Translations under genes and position numbers: made by a program | The notes under the pieces: model-generated | Seen by the model: only the letters and a program-made list of their open reading frames with translations | Told to the model about the DNA's origin: nothing | Database searches by the model: none | NCBI GenBank assembly: GCA_965199175.1 | Contig: OZ240684.1 | Location: 1,448,565-1,512,564 of the forward strand | Reading direction: 5' to 3' | Source of the DNA: Alphaproteobacteria bacterium | Lineage (GTDB): Bacteria > Pseudomonadota > Alphaproteobacteria > G963923945 | Length of the DNA: 64,000 bases | In this document: piece after piece, positions 8,877 through 17,936 of the stretch | Numbering within the stretch: position 1 is the first letter of the stretch | Layout: each line of letters begins with the position of its first letter

Positions 8877-9666
8877 ATCCGAATCACCGCCAGCCAAGGA
8901 CTCCGGGACACCAGAAGACGCACCCGATACCACCCCACAGGAAAAACCTCCGCCAGAATCAGACCAACAAACCAATTTTGCCGTCAAACAAGACAATCAG
9001 TGGTTGTTGACATATACGGATCTGGTTTCCCTGATTTTGACGTTTTTTGTCCTCTTGTTTTCCATGTCGTCTCTGCCGACCGATAACTGGAAAGTTATTA
9101 CAACCGCTCTCTCCAGATCAGATCTCCCTCCTGAAGAAGATATTGTCGATAAAGAAAAAGAAGAACTCACCGTTGACAGTAAAACCCTCCAGGCTTCTTT
9201 GAATCTTGATTATCTCTCAGCCCTGCTTGAAACGCAATTTGCCAAGACCGGGAATACCAAGGAAATCAGTCTTCATCACTTTGGTGACCAGCTGGTTGTC
9301 TCGCTTCCCAGTGACCTCCTGTTCACAGTCGCCAGTGCACGTCTGTCGAAACGTGGTCAGGCAACAATCTCGGATGTCAGCGGTGTCTTACGCAACCTTG
9401 ATAACCGGGTTGATATTTTCGGACATGCAGATCCAGATCCGATTACCGGCGGACCGTATAATTCAAATTGGGAATTATCGCTGGCCCGCGCCCTGACGGT
9501 CGCGGATCAATTACAAAGGAGTGGATATATCGGCGACATCAATGCCTATGGTGCAGCCTCTTCACATTTTTCTTTTATCTCACCACGTATTGAGTTTGAT
9601 AAACGTAAAGAGCTCGCGCGTCGCGTCGATATCATCATTTCGTCAAAATCCAGGCTCCAGGAGTGA
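8869..9666 (+). CDS. MotB/OmpA-family flagellar stator-like protein
   Basis: WLLTYTDLVSLILTFFVLLF (MotB TM with Asp) plus an OmpA-like C-terminus (VDIFGHADPDP...NWELSLARALTVADQL). The ATG at 8869 overlaps the stop of the upstream gene. Confidence 0.75.
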   Translation: MSESESPPAKDSGTPEDAPDTTPQEKPPPESDQQTNFAVKQDNQWLLTYTDLVSLILTFFVLLFSMSSLPTDNWKVITTALSRSDLPPEEDIVDKEKEELTVDSKTLQASLNLDYLSALLETQFAKTGNTKEISLHHFGDQLVVSLPSDLLFTVASARLSKRGQATISDVSGVLRNLDNRVDIFGHADPDPITGGPYNSNWELSLARALTVADQLQRSGYIGDINAYGAASSHFSFISPRIEFDKRKELARRVDIIISSKSRLQE

Positions 9667-12600
9667 GCAGGAATCGTCTTCCCCTCCAGTACTTTACCGT
9701 TAAAGTGTTGGCCCGTATTTTCTTTTTTTTATTCGTTTTTATCTGTGCTTTTTCTCCCGCCTGGGGACAAGAGAAAGTCCGCGTAAAGTCCTGGGTTCAC
9801 GACAATTATGGTCGCATTGTTTTTGATTGGCCAACCCAGGTTTCCTATGCTGCGCAATTAGAAAACAACCAGCTGGTCCTGACGTTTGACCGGAAAATGT
9901 CGGCGTCTCTGGGGTCTTTGAGACGCGAACTCCCTGATTATATTGAAGCGGCCCGCCTCACCCCCGATAAACAACAAGTCGTTATAACGCTGACCCGCGA
10001 TTTTGATTACCAGACATTTGTTCATGATCGCTCTGTTATCGTTGATTTATCGGAAAAACGACGCATTGAGGTCGCTCAACCGCCCCCAGATCCATCCCCC
10101 CAGGAAGATACTCCTTCACCCCAACCGGTGGCTGAGGCTACCCAACCGTCCCCAGATCCATCCCCCCAGGAAGATACTCCTTCACCCCAACCGGTTGCCG
10201 GGGCCACCCAACCGTCCCCAGATCCATCCCCCCAGACCAGTCCTTCAACCCAGCCAGACAGCGATACAAAGACACAAAAAACAGAACCCAAAACAGGTAC
10301 CGGGCCTGAAAAACGCCCGGCTTTGCGACCAGAAAATATCGCAAAACGCCGCCCTGCCGGTGATCCCGGCAACACCCAGGGACCGGCCAAAAATCCCCCG
10401 GTCATCACGATACGTACCGGTCAGCATCCAGGCTTTAGTCGCGTGGTTTTCGATTGGAACCGCGATGTCCCTTACGAAATCAAAACAACCAGTGACAAAA
10501 CCCAGATCATTTTTCAAAGCCCGGCAACGTTCAATCTGGCAAAAGTTAAACCGATTCCTCAACTCGGCACAATCGAAAGCCAGACAAGCGGCCAAACCTC
10601 CCAAGTGAACCTTGATACTGCCCCCAAGGCCCGTTTACGTCATTTCCGGACCAACGGTAAGGTCGTTGTTGATATCCTGAGTGCTTCTACAGACAAACGT
10701 CCGTCTTCAGACAAAACGGTGGCTCAAAAAGAAGAACCGAAAGAAGAGTTGAAACCACGCCGAACCGCAGCTTCAATTACGCAAAAAAGACTGGATGGTG
10801 CCAAAAAAACAGATAAAAAAACACCCGGTGGCCCATCGGCAGATAAAACGACCTCCGCAAATGCAGCCCCAAAGAAAAAAACTGATAAATCGCGCCCCAG
10901 CCTGACCCTTGAAATATCGTATAATACAGAGAACAACCATCTGGTCCTGCGTTTTAAGACACCTCCCAATACCCTGGCGGTTGCCTATCGGCGCGCTGGC
11001 TTTGTCTGGATCGGGTTTGATCGTTCTTTCAGCCCAACTCTGGAGGCGTTCGAAAAGGTCAAGAATCCCTTCCTGAGAGAAATTCTCCTGGCTCCGATCC
11101 CTGGCTTAACCTTATTGCGCCTCGATACGCCGGAGAGCGTTTCACCCCTGGTGTTACGTGATAAATCAGAATGGCTGATTGAACTGGCCGAACAGCCACT
11201 CGGCCCGAAAGAAGCCATCAGACCAGAATCAATCATCGGAAGACCAGGCCAACCGGCAAGCATCTTTCTCCCGGAAATCGGGGACAAACGCGTGGTTCGC
11301 ATCCCTGATCCGGAAGTTGGGGATGAAATTATTCTCATCCCAACCGCTACAGTAGGACGCGGGATACAGGGAAACCGCGACTATATCCAGTTTATCCTGC
11401 CCAGAACCGCTCAAGGTGTTGTTGTGATCCCATATGCCGACAGCGTACAGGTCACCAAAGAGCAAAGTGGAATCTTCGTTGGGGACCCTGATGGTCTTTA
11501 TATATCAAGCCGCCTGGAGTCAGAATTAGGAATCGCCGCGGCTAATTCTCTCCTTGATACCACCAGCTGGCTCAAGGGTATTAAAGGATCATTCAACGAA
11601 AACAGGAAAATTCTCCTGAGAAAAATTATCGAAGCACCAGAAGAAGAACGCAACCAAATACGCTTACGTCTTGCCCAGTATTATTTAAAACATCGTATGT
11701 ACCGGGAAGCAAAAGGTCTTCTGCAATATATGGGCGAAATTGACTCAGCCTTGCTTGAAGACCCTTCCTACGTATTTTTGACTGGGGTCGCTCATTACCT
11801 TGATAGTGATTATGCCCGGGCATCTAATTATCTGGCTTCAGATACCCTGCTCAACCATCCCGAAGCGGCTTTGTGGCGGGCAGCCCTTGCCGCTCAAAAC
11901 AGAGACTGGGACAACGCCACCAAGGGATTCAACGAATACGCCTATACCATCAATTCTTATGATCCTGACATCGCTGAAAATCTTTTGATAACCGCTGCCG
12001 AAGCGGCCTTGAAAACCGGCCAGATTGATCATGTGCAAAACTACCTGGACACAATTCTTAAAAATCCGGAACTGGTCACCCAACCCGGTTATGTCCGGTA
12101 CCTTCAGGGAAAAGCCCTCGCGGCCTCAGGGGAAACAGCCGAAGCTGCTGATATCTGGAGGCGACTGGCCAGAAGCAACGACCGCAAAGCCAATGCTCTT
12201 GCCCGCGCAGAGATGATTGATTACAGGCTGAGAGAAGAAGAGATATCCCTGGATGAAGCCATCGAAGAGTATCAAGGTCTCGCTTTCTCCTGGCGTGGAG
12301 ATACATTTGAATTGACACGCCTGAAACGCCTGGCGGAACTGTATCAGCAAAATGGCAATCTGCGTCAGAGTCTCCTCACCCTCAAGGATTTGACAATCAA
12401 TTTTCTCAACCATCCGGGTATCCGGGATGTCACCCTCAAAATGAGCGAAATTTTTGCAGATATATTTCTGAGTGAAGGTGCCGAAGACCTCGACCCGATT
12501 ACTGCTTTGAGTATTTTTCAGGAATTCCGCGAATTAACCCCAGTTGGAGAAAGAGGCGATCAACTGATTGAGCAACTGATCGAACGTATGGTGACGGTTG

Positions 12601-13343
12601 ATCTTCTGGATTCAGCATCTGAACTGCTTGAACAACAAATTACTTTCCGTACCCAGGGCGTTAAAAAAGCCCGTAGCGGCCTCAAGCTGGCCATGCTGAA
12701 TATGGTGAATGAGCAGCCTGAAAAAGCATTAAACGCCCTGGATATCAGCGTTGTTCCGGGGATTTCTGAGGCCCTGGAAAGTGAGCGGCGTTATGTGCAG
12801 GCCCGTGCTCTCTACCAAACCGGACAACAAGAAGAGGCCATTGAACTCATTGAAGACGACGAAAGCCTGGATGCTGAAAATATTCGTGCTGAACTGTATT
12901 GGCAAAGCAAAAAATGGGCAGAAGCTGCTGAAGCCATCGGACGCATGACCACCCATATCCAGCAAGAAAGTCTTGGCGCCATCGGACGTGAATTATTCGG
13001 TGACCAAATTGCTTCTGATACCGTCTCGCTGCCTGAAAACACGGTCTCGGCTGAAGGGATTGAGCCGCAAGTCATCCTGCGCTGGGCTGTGGCATTGGCA
13101 CTGAGCAACAACAAAGCCGGCCTCGATTTTCTCCGCGGGAATTATGGCGATCTGATGCAATCCTCACCTTATTATAACGATTTTTCCCTGATCACTCAGG
13201 AACCGCTCAGCTCCAGCAAAACCATGGAAGCCATTGCCAAACAAGTCAATGAAGTCGATCAATACAGAAGTTTCCTGACCAATTATCGTGAGCGTCTGGG
13301 TGGAACCCCGTCAACAGCCCAAACCAATCTCACTGATGGTTGA
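9663..13343 (+). CDS. Large secreted or periplasmic protein with two beta-rich repeated N-terminal modules, a Pro-rich tandem-repeat linker and a long TPR-like helical C-terminus. Function unknown
   Basis: 1226 aa with a GTG start overlapping the motB-like stop (GTGA) and a signal peptide ...FICAFSPAWGQ. Two similar modules are present (V/IRVKSWVHDNYGRIVFDW... and ITIRTGQHPGFSRVVFDW...). A 22-aa unit is repeated about 2.4 times. The C-terminal half is helical-repeat-like (ALWRAALAAQNRDWDNA...). Confidence 0.7.
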   Translation: MSRNRLPLQYFTVKVLARIFFFLFVFICAFSPAWGQEKVRVKSWVHDNYGRIVFDWPTQVSYAAQLENNQLVLTFDRKMSASLGSLRRELPDYIEAARLTPDKQQVVITLTRDFDYQTFVHDRSVIVDLSEKRRIEVAQPPPDPSPQEDTPSPQPVAEATQPSPDPSPQEDTPSPQPVAGATQPSPDPSPQTSPSTQPDSDTKTQKTEPKTGTGPEKRPALRPENIAKRRPAGDPGNTQGPAKNPPVITIRTGQHPGFSRVVFDWNRDVPYEIKTTSDKTQIIFQSPATFNLAKVKPIPQLGTIESQTSGQTSQVNLDTAPKARLRHFRTNGKVVVDILSASTDKRPSSDKTVAQKEEPKEELKPRRTAASITQKRLDGAKKTDKKTPGGPSADKTTSANAAPKKKTDKSRPSLTLEISYNTENNHLVLRFKTPPNTLAVAYRRAGFVWIGFDRSFSPTLEAFEKVKNPFLREILLAPIPGLTLLRLDTPESVSPLVLRDKSEWLIELAEQPLGPKEAIRPESIIGRPGQPASIFLPEIGDKRVVRIPDPEVGDEIILIPTATVGRGIQGNRDYIQFILPRTAQGVVVIPYADSVQVTKEQSGIFVGDPDGLYISSRLESELGIAAANSLLDTTSWLKGIKGSFNENRKILLRKIIEAPEEERNQIRLRLAQYYLKHRMYREAKGLLQYMGEIDSALLEDPSYVFLTGVAHYLDSDYARASNYLASDTLLNHPEAALWRAALAAQNRDWDNATKGFNEYAYTINSYDPDIAENLLITAAEAALKTGQIDHVQNYLDTILKNPELVTQPGYVRYLQGKALAASGETAEAADIWRRLARSNDRKANALARAEMIDYRLREEEISLDEAIEEYQGLAFSWRGDTFELTRLKRLAELYQQNGNLRQSLLTLKDLTINFLNHPGIRDVTLKMSEIFADIFLSEGAEDLDPITALSIFQEFRELTPVGERGDQLIEQLIERMVTVDLLDSASELLEQQITFRTQGVKKARSGLKLAMLNMVNEQPEKALNALDISVVPGISEALESERRYVQARALYQTGQQEEAIELIEDDESLDAENIRAELYWQSKKWAEAAEAIGRMTTHIQQESLGAIGRELFGDQIASDTVSLPENTVSAEGIEPQVILRWAVALALSNNKAGLDFLRGNYGDLMQSSPYYNDFSLITQEPLSSSKTMEAIAKQVNEVDQYRSFLTNYRERLGGTPSTAQTNLTDG
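10077..10236 (+). repeat. In-frame 66-bp (22-aa) tandem repeat x2.4 inside the 1226-aa CDS
   Basis: QPPPDPSPQEDTPSPQPVAEAT / QPSPDPSPQEDTPSPQPVAGAT / QPSPDPSPQ...; the copies are nearly identical at the nucleotide level. Confidence 0.95.
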
Positions 13344-13401
13344 TCCCCGACCACATGACAAAACAACCCGCATCTGTGAGAAGAGAGGATGGGACCATGT
13401 A

Positions 13402-14289
13402 CTAAGAACCACCGCTTGTTAAGGGAGCATTGAAACTTTCCACCAGGCTCCCGGCAACCAAATACCAGCCATCAACCAACACGAAAAAGACCAGCTTAAA
13501 GGGTAAAGAAATAATAATCGGCGGCAACATCATCATACCCATCGACATCAGAATCGATGCCACAACCATGTCAATAATCAAAAACGGCACAAATAACAGA
13601 AAGCCAATCTCGAATGCACGGCGCAACTCACTGATCATAAAAGCCGGTATCAAGACCCGGTAAGGAACATCAGCAGGTGTGTCAACCGCATCAATATCGG
13701 CGACATCCATGAACAGAGCCAGATCTTTCTGCCGGGTCTGAGCAGCCATAAAGTCATGAAAGGGACGCGCAGCCCGGTCCAGGGCCACTTCCTCGGATAT
13801 TTCTTCCTCAACCAACGGAGCCACACCATTATTATACGCAGCCTCAAAGGTCGGCAGCATGATGAACAAGGTCAGAAACAAGGAAAGGCCAATCAGAACA
13901 ACATTAGGCGGGGTTTGTTGCAGACCCAGTGCGGTACGCAAAAACGACAACACCACAACGATCCGCACGAAAGAGGTCATCATCACCAGAATTGACGGAG
14001 CCAATGTGATCACCGTCAATAAGATAAAAAATTGCAAAATCCTGCCGGTAGCACTCGGGCCATCGGAAAAATCGAGATTGATCGATTGCCCATAGGCCGG
14101 GGCAGCAATCACAATAAAAAACACCGACCCCAAAAACACTGCCCGAAAAAATACCGACCCCAAAAACACCTTCCCGGTCATTGCCAGGACAGACCGTGGC
14201 CGCCAACAGATATGCCGCCAATACATATACAGCCGGGAACAAAACCAGGAGAATACAGTCATCAGCCAGGCCATGACACCGACAATCAA
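13402..14289 (-). CDS. fliP: Flagellar type III export apparatus protein FliP (alternative start at 14181)
   Basis: LTVITLAPSILVMMTSFVRIVVVLSFLRTALGLQQTPPN... is the canonical FliP core. The longest start overlaps the fliO stop. Confidence 0.93.
   Translation of the reverse strand: MIVGVMAWLMTVFSWFCSRLYMYWRHICWRPRSVLAMTGKVFLGSVFFRAVFLGSVFFIVIAAPAYGQSINLDFSDGPSATGRILQFFILLTVITLAPSILVMMTSFVRIVVVLSFLRTALGLQQTPPNVVLIGLSLFLTLFIMLPTFEAAYNNGVAPLVEEEISEEVALDRAARPFHDFMAAQTRQKDLALFMDVADIDAVDTPADVPYRVLIPAFMISELRRAFEIGFLLFVPFLIIDMVVASILMSMGMMMLPPIIISLPFKLVFFVLVDGWYLVAGSLVESFNAPLTSGGS
14116..14175 (-). repeat. In-frame 30-bp x2 duplication in the fliP 5' region
   Basis: aaaaaacaccgaccccaaaaacactgcccg / aaaaaataccgaccccaaaaacaccttccc, encoding VFLGSVFFRA / VFLGSVFFIV. 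Confidence 0.9.
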
Positions 14290-14681
14290 TCGCTGCTCCT
14301 CTGGTCCCGGACAGCTTGTGATGATTTCTGTCTTGTTAAGCCTGATTGCCGATGAGGTGACTCACAGGTCCCGGTATGGCGGGAAGCACTGCTTTCCTGA
14401 TTTTCGGTAAGAGAGTCCGGCGACACGCTGATCCGTTCAATCACCATATTGGTGTTTCCGATCAATAAAACATATTCGACAGTATCACGCCGAACCAAAA
14501 CCAGCCGGTGACGCGGATCAATCGCCAGGCTTTCAATCAGAAACAACCGACGGTCACGCGCACGTATCGGGGCCACCATTCCCCCCAGACCATGCCGCCT
14601 GGCAAAATAAGCCAAAGCACCAATCAGTGCCAATACAAACACCAGGGCCGCCAGAAATTTGAGATAATCCAGAACATCCAT
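14286..14681 (-). CDS. fliO: Flagellar biosynthesis protein FliO
   Basis: 131 aa with a single N-terminal TM (LKFLAALVFVLALIGALAYFARR) followed by ...LFLIESLAIDPRHRLVLVRRD... Lies immediately upstream of fliP. Confidence 0.7.
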   Translation of the reverse strand: MDVLDYLKFLAALVFVLALIGALAYFARRHGLGGMVAPIRARDRRLFLIESLAIDPRHRLVLVRRDTVEYVLLIGNTNMVIERISVSPDSLTENQESSASRHTGTCESPHRQSGLTRQKSSQAVRDQRSSD

Positions 14682-14702
14682 TATCCGGATCCCGCCCAGA
14701 AC

Positions 14703-15038
14703 TCACGAATCGCCTGAAGATGATGTTTGTTGATCACGATAGGCTGCTGTCACCTGACGGCTTTCTTCATTCTTAAGGAGCTGAGATTCAATGCTTGACC
14801 GCCGCTCCATAATCAATGTTTCCAATGCTGCGATTTCATCGACCAAAGCAATGAGACGTGGCTTCAGCGACTCTGTTTCCCGGGAAGATAAAGTCAGAAT
14901 ATCCTGGCACAGAAGATCAACCTGTTGATGAAAATCATCCAGCTCAATCACCTGGTCGTTCTCGACAGCTTTCCTGAATATCGGCATAAGGGCCGCTAAC
15001 GCATCCATACGCCTGGTGATATCAGCCGATTTCGTCAT
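14703..15038 (-). CDS. Hypothetical helical protein in the flagellar operon (a chaperone-like role is speculation)
   Basis: 111 aa, predicted helical or coiled, with no motif I recognise. Tightly spaced between the FlhB-CTD gene and fliO. Confidence 0.5.
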   Translation of the reverse strand: MTKSADITRRMDALAALMPIFRKAVENDQVIELDDFHQQVDLLCQDILTLSSRETESLKPRLIALVDEIAALETLIMERRSSIESQLLKNEESRQVTAAYRDQQTSSSGDS

Positions 15039-15076
15039 GATAGCCTCTGATGAATGGTTTCATGATCTGAATGGTT

Positions 15077-15514
15077 TCATGATCGCTGTTCACCCAATGC
15101 CGTGTCGATGGTTGTCAATTCCGGCTCTTGTTTCTGACTGGCTTTCTCTTCTTCTCCCGAGAGAATATCAGAAGTATCCGGTTTGGAAACTGTGCCTGTT
15201 GCTTCCATCAATGTGCCGTTGGCCCGGTAAACATAAGAGAGAATTTCAGCAACAGCAGCAAACACTTCGACAGGGATTTCACTATCAATATCAAGCTGTA
15301 AAAGAATTTCGGCTAAATCGGCATCTTTGCGGACTTTGACCCCATTGGCAAAAGCAATGCCAATCAGTTGTTCAGCAAATCTTCCGGTCCCTTTGGCAAC
15401 GACACGCGGTGCTGATTCCCCACCTTGCTCATAAAAAAGAGCAACCGCTTTTTCAACATCTGAGCGGAAACGGCGGGATGCAGCGTTCGAATGTCGGGAT
15501 ATCACCACCACCAC
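15077..15514 (-). CDS. Stand-alone FlhB C-terminal-domain (EscU/YscU/HrcU-type) protein
   Basis: AVALFYEQGGESAPRVVAKGTGRFAEQLIGIAFANGVKVRKDADLAEILLQLDIDSEIPVEVFAAVAEILSYVY matches the FlhB cytoplasmic C-terminal fold without the TM domain. GTG start. Confidence 0.75.
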   Translation of the reverse strand: MVVVISRHSNAASRRFRSDVEKAVALFYEQGGESAPRVVAKGTGRFAEQLIGIAFANGVKVRKDADLAEILLQLDIDSEIPVEVFAAVAEILSYVYRANGTLMEATGTVSKPDTSDILSGEEEKASQKQEPELTTIDTALGEQRS

Positions 15515-15613
15515 CCCCTTCCGCCATGGTCATCATAACGCATGATCCCCAACTTCCGGAAGATTGACTGTAAAAAAAACCGGCCCATCTTTTCTATCCC
15601 TTATCCCGATCCG

Positions 15614-15835
15614 TTATTCCTTTGATTCCAGGGCTTTGATCAAAAAATCATGCCGGTCAACCGCCGCCCGGTTTTCATCCTGAATTCTTTCGTGCAACTC
15701 CCGCCGTAAGACCGTTGCATCGGGCGGAAACGTAAAACCCAGCTTGGCCGTCTTGCCCCGAACACTCACCACCGTCACCTCAATCTCGCCATTGATGGTC
15801 ACCGATTCACCAGGCTTACGGGTTAAATACAGCAT
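15614..15835 (-). CDS. csrA: Carbon storage regulator CsrA
   Basis: 73 aa. MLYLTRKPGESVTINGEIEVTVVSVRGKTAKLGF..P....RRE is the CsrA fold signature. Confidence 0.9.
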   Translation of the reverse strand: MLYLTRKPGESVTINGEIEVTVVSVRGKTAKLGFTFPPDATVLRRELHERIQDENRAAVDRHDFLIKALESKE

Positions 15836-15850
15836 AGAGTTTCCTTGTAA

Positions 15851-15892
15851 CCGGAATAACCAGAATAATCAGAATAATCAGAATAACCAGAG
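15851..15892. repeat. 9-bp unit x4.5 immediately upstream of csrA
   Basis: ccggaataa ccagaataa tcagaataa tcagaataa ccagagc. Confidence 0.9.
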
Positions 15893-16218
15893 CGACACCA
15901 ATCCTCAGCATCTTTTTCCCCAAGACAGTCATCCCGGACATAACTGATGATAAAACGGATCATAAAAAGGAGATTCTTCCGGATCATTCAGCCGTAAGCT
16001 CCTCTCAGGACTCAACAACCCAACCGTGAAAAATATTGAGAAAAAACAGTGAAAAGAAACCGCTTGCTATCATGGCAGAAAAAATATATAGTATTTTATA
16101 TAAATTGTATACAAATGATTACCCCCTGGTCACAGACCCCGGATTCCTTATGTTTTCAGGTCAATACCCGACCCAGGTAATGCCACGATCATGATCAATA
16201 TGTGACGGAAAAACAACG

Positions 16219-16638
16219 ATGGCAAACGGAGATTTACCACTCTATCAACTGATCAGCCAGCGTCTGGGCTGGTTGGCTCAGCGTCAGCGCGTCATTGCCA
16301 ATAATGTCGCCAACGCCAACACCCCTGAATTTAAGCCTTTTGACCTCAAGCCGTTTGACTATACCCATACGGCTCGTTCCATTTCCAGACCCCGCATGAC
16401 GCTCACCAATTTTTCCCATATCACCGGAAGCAAAGCGGCCCATAGCGGACCAGGCGAATTCCGCGATACCGAAAATCGTCGCCCGCATACATATGATACG
16501 ACTTTGGATGGGAATGCGGTCAATTTAGAACGTGAATTGATGAAAACATCAGAAACATCAACCCAATATACATTGGTCACCCGACTGTATCGCAAACATA
16601 TTGATATGTTCAAAGAAGTCATTGGTAAAAAACGATAA
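16219..16638 (+). CDS. flgB: Flagellar basal-body rod protein FlgB
   Basis: 139 aa with ANNVANANTPEFKP and C-terminal LDGNAVNLERELMKTSETSTQY. Confidence 0.9.
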   Translation: MANGDLPLYQLISQRLGWLAQRQRVIANNVANANTPEFKPFDLKPFDYTHTARSISRPRMTLTNFSHITGSKAAHSGPGEFRDTENRRPHTYDTTLDGNAVNLERELMKTSETSTQYTLVTRLYRKHIDMFKEVIGKKR

Positions 16639-16738
16639 AGATCAAAAATGACGAAAAATCATATCTCTTAACCAGATATTTTCCCGATGTTCTGACATTT
16701 TCTTACGGAACCTGTTCCTGATATAAGGAGTTTCACCA

Positions 16739-17149
16739 ATGCCTGAATTATTTGACTCGATCAAAGTATCTGCATCCGGTATGCATGCGCAAGGCGAGCG
16801 GATTTTGGTGATTTCTGAAAATATCGCCAATGCCGATTCCCTGGGCACAACCCCGGGTGGTGCGCCATATCGCCGTAAAGTGATTTCTTTCCAGAATGCA
16901 CTCAATCGGGAATTGGGCATTCATGAAGTAGAGGTGAAGAATATCAGACCCGATATGTCACCCTTTGGCGAAAAATTTATGCCCTCGCATCCAGCCGCCA
17001 ATGATCAGGGCTATGTCCTTTTGCCTAACGTTAATTCTTTATTTGAAATGATGGATATGCGTCAGGCACAACGGAGCTATGAAGCCAATCTCAATGCGAT
17101 TACAATTTCCAAACGTATGATCGAACGAACGATTGATATGATACGTTAA
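16739..17149 (+). CDS. flgC: Flagellar basal-body rod protein FlgC
   Basis: 136 aa with SASGMHAQGERILVISENIANADS and NVNSLFEMMDMRQAQRSYEANL. Confidence 0.93.
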   Translation: MPELFDSIKVSASGMHAQGERILVISENIANADSLGTTPGGAPYRRKVISFQNALNRELGIHEVEVKNIRPDMSPFGEKFMPSHPAANDQGYVLLPNVNSLFEMMDMRQAQRSYEANLNAITISKRMIERTIDMIR

Positions 17150-17195
17150 AAAATCAATAATAGAAAAAACAAATGACAGAAAAAAATAAATAACC

Positions 17196-17229
17196 GAAAA
17201 AATTGAATGACTGAAAAAATTGAATGACC
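17196..17229. repeat. Tandem duplication, 17 bp x2 (flgC-fliE spacer)
   Basis: gaaaaaattgaatgact / gaaaaaattgaatgacc. Confidence 0.95.
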
Positions 17230-17287
17230 GGAATAAAGCCTCCAAAAGAAACAGCCAGGAAAACAGACCGCCAGAAAGAGAGCACTC

Positions 17288-17605
17288 ATGCCAACAACTG
17301 TGACCAATGCCATTCAGGCCTATGATCGTGCTGCGCGACAAATTGCCCCCGAAACATCAGGCAATGATCGGTCAAAAGGGGAACCGGCATCCAGCTTCGC
17401 TGAACTGGTCAAGAGCGGGTACCAGGCAACCCGGCAAGCCGGTCTGGAGGCCGAAGCGCAATCAATCCAGGCCATTGCCGGAGAAGCCAATCTGGCCGAG
17501 GTTGTTCAGGCAGTCAGCAAAGCCGAGGTTACATTACAAACCATGGTTTCAGTGCGTGACCGGGTTGTCCAGTCCTATCAGGAAGTCATTCGTATGCCCC
17601 TGTAA
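17288..17605 (+). CDS. fliE: Flagellar hook-basal body complex protein FliE
   Basis: 105 aa. The C-terminal AVSKAEVTLQTMVSVRDRVVQSYQEVIRMPL is typical of FliE. Position flgB-flgC-fliE. Confidence 0.85.
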   Translation: MPTTVTNAIQAYDRAARQIAPETSGNDRSKGEPASSFAELVKSGYQATRQAGLEAEAQSIQAIAGEANLAEVVQAVSKAEVTLQTMVSVRDRVVQSYQEVIRMPL

Positions 17606-17664
17606 GGGGAACCGTATCTGGGACAGCAAGCCTTCATTGTCAATCCCTCTGACAGGATGATCAG

Positions 17665-17931
17665 ATGAATCAGCTTGAAATTCTTGATATTGCGCGTGAT
17701 GCTGTCTGGGTTTCGGTTAAGATTGCAGCACCGGTGATGATTGTTGCCTTGGTTGTCGGGCTGATTGTCTCGCTGTTTCAGGCTTTGACCCAGATTCAGG
17801 AAATGACCCTGGCCTTTGTCCCGAAAATTTTGGTTATTTTTCTTTCTCTGTTGATCTTTCTGCCTTTCATGCTTTCGACATTGACCAATTTTACCGAAGA
17901 ACTGGTTGATCGCATCATTGCTCTTAACTGA
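17665..17931 (+). CDS. fliQ: Flagellar export apparatus protein FliQ
   Basis: 88 aa with two TM helices and the LFQALTQIQEMTLAFVPK motif. Confidence 0.93.
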   Translation: MNQLEILDIARDAVWVSVKIAAPVMIVALVVGLIVSLFQALTQIQEMTLAFVPKILVIFLSLLIFLPFMLSTLTNFTEELVDRIIALN

Positions 17932-17936
17932 TTCCC

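Noticed and set aside
15836-16218. Sigma-54 (TGGCAC-N5-TTGC), sigma-28 or CtrA (TTAA-N7-TTAA) promoter elements in the flagellar spacers (also 2318-3156, 6467-7040 and 17150-17287)
   Set aside because: I found only partial matches (for example TGGCAG followed by an A-run at about 16073, and TGGCCGGAATTGGGA at about 7000). None satisfies both half-sites, so no regulatory feature is reported.
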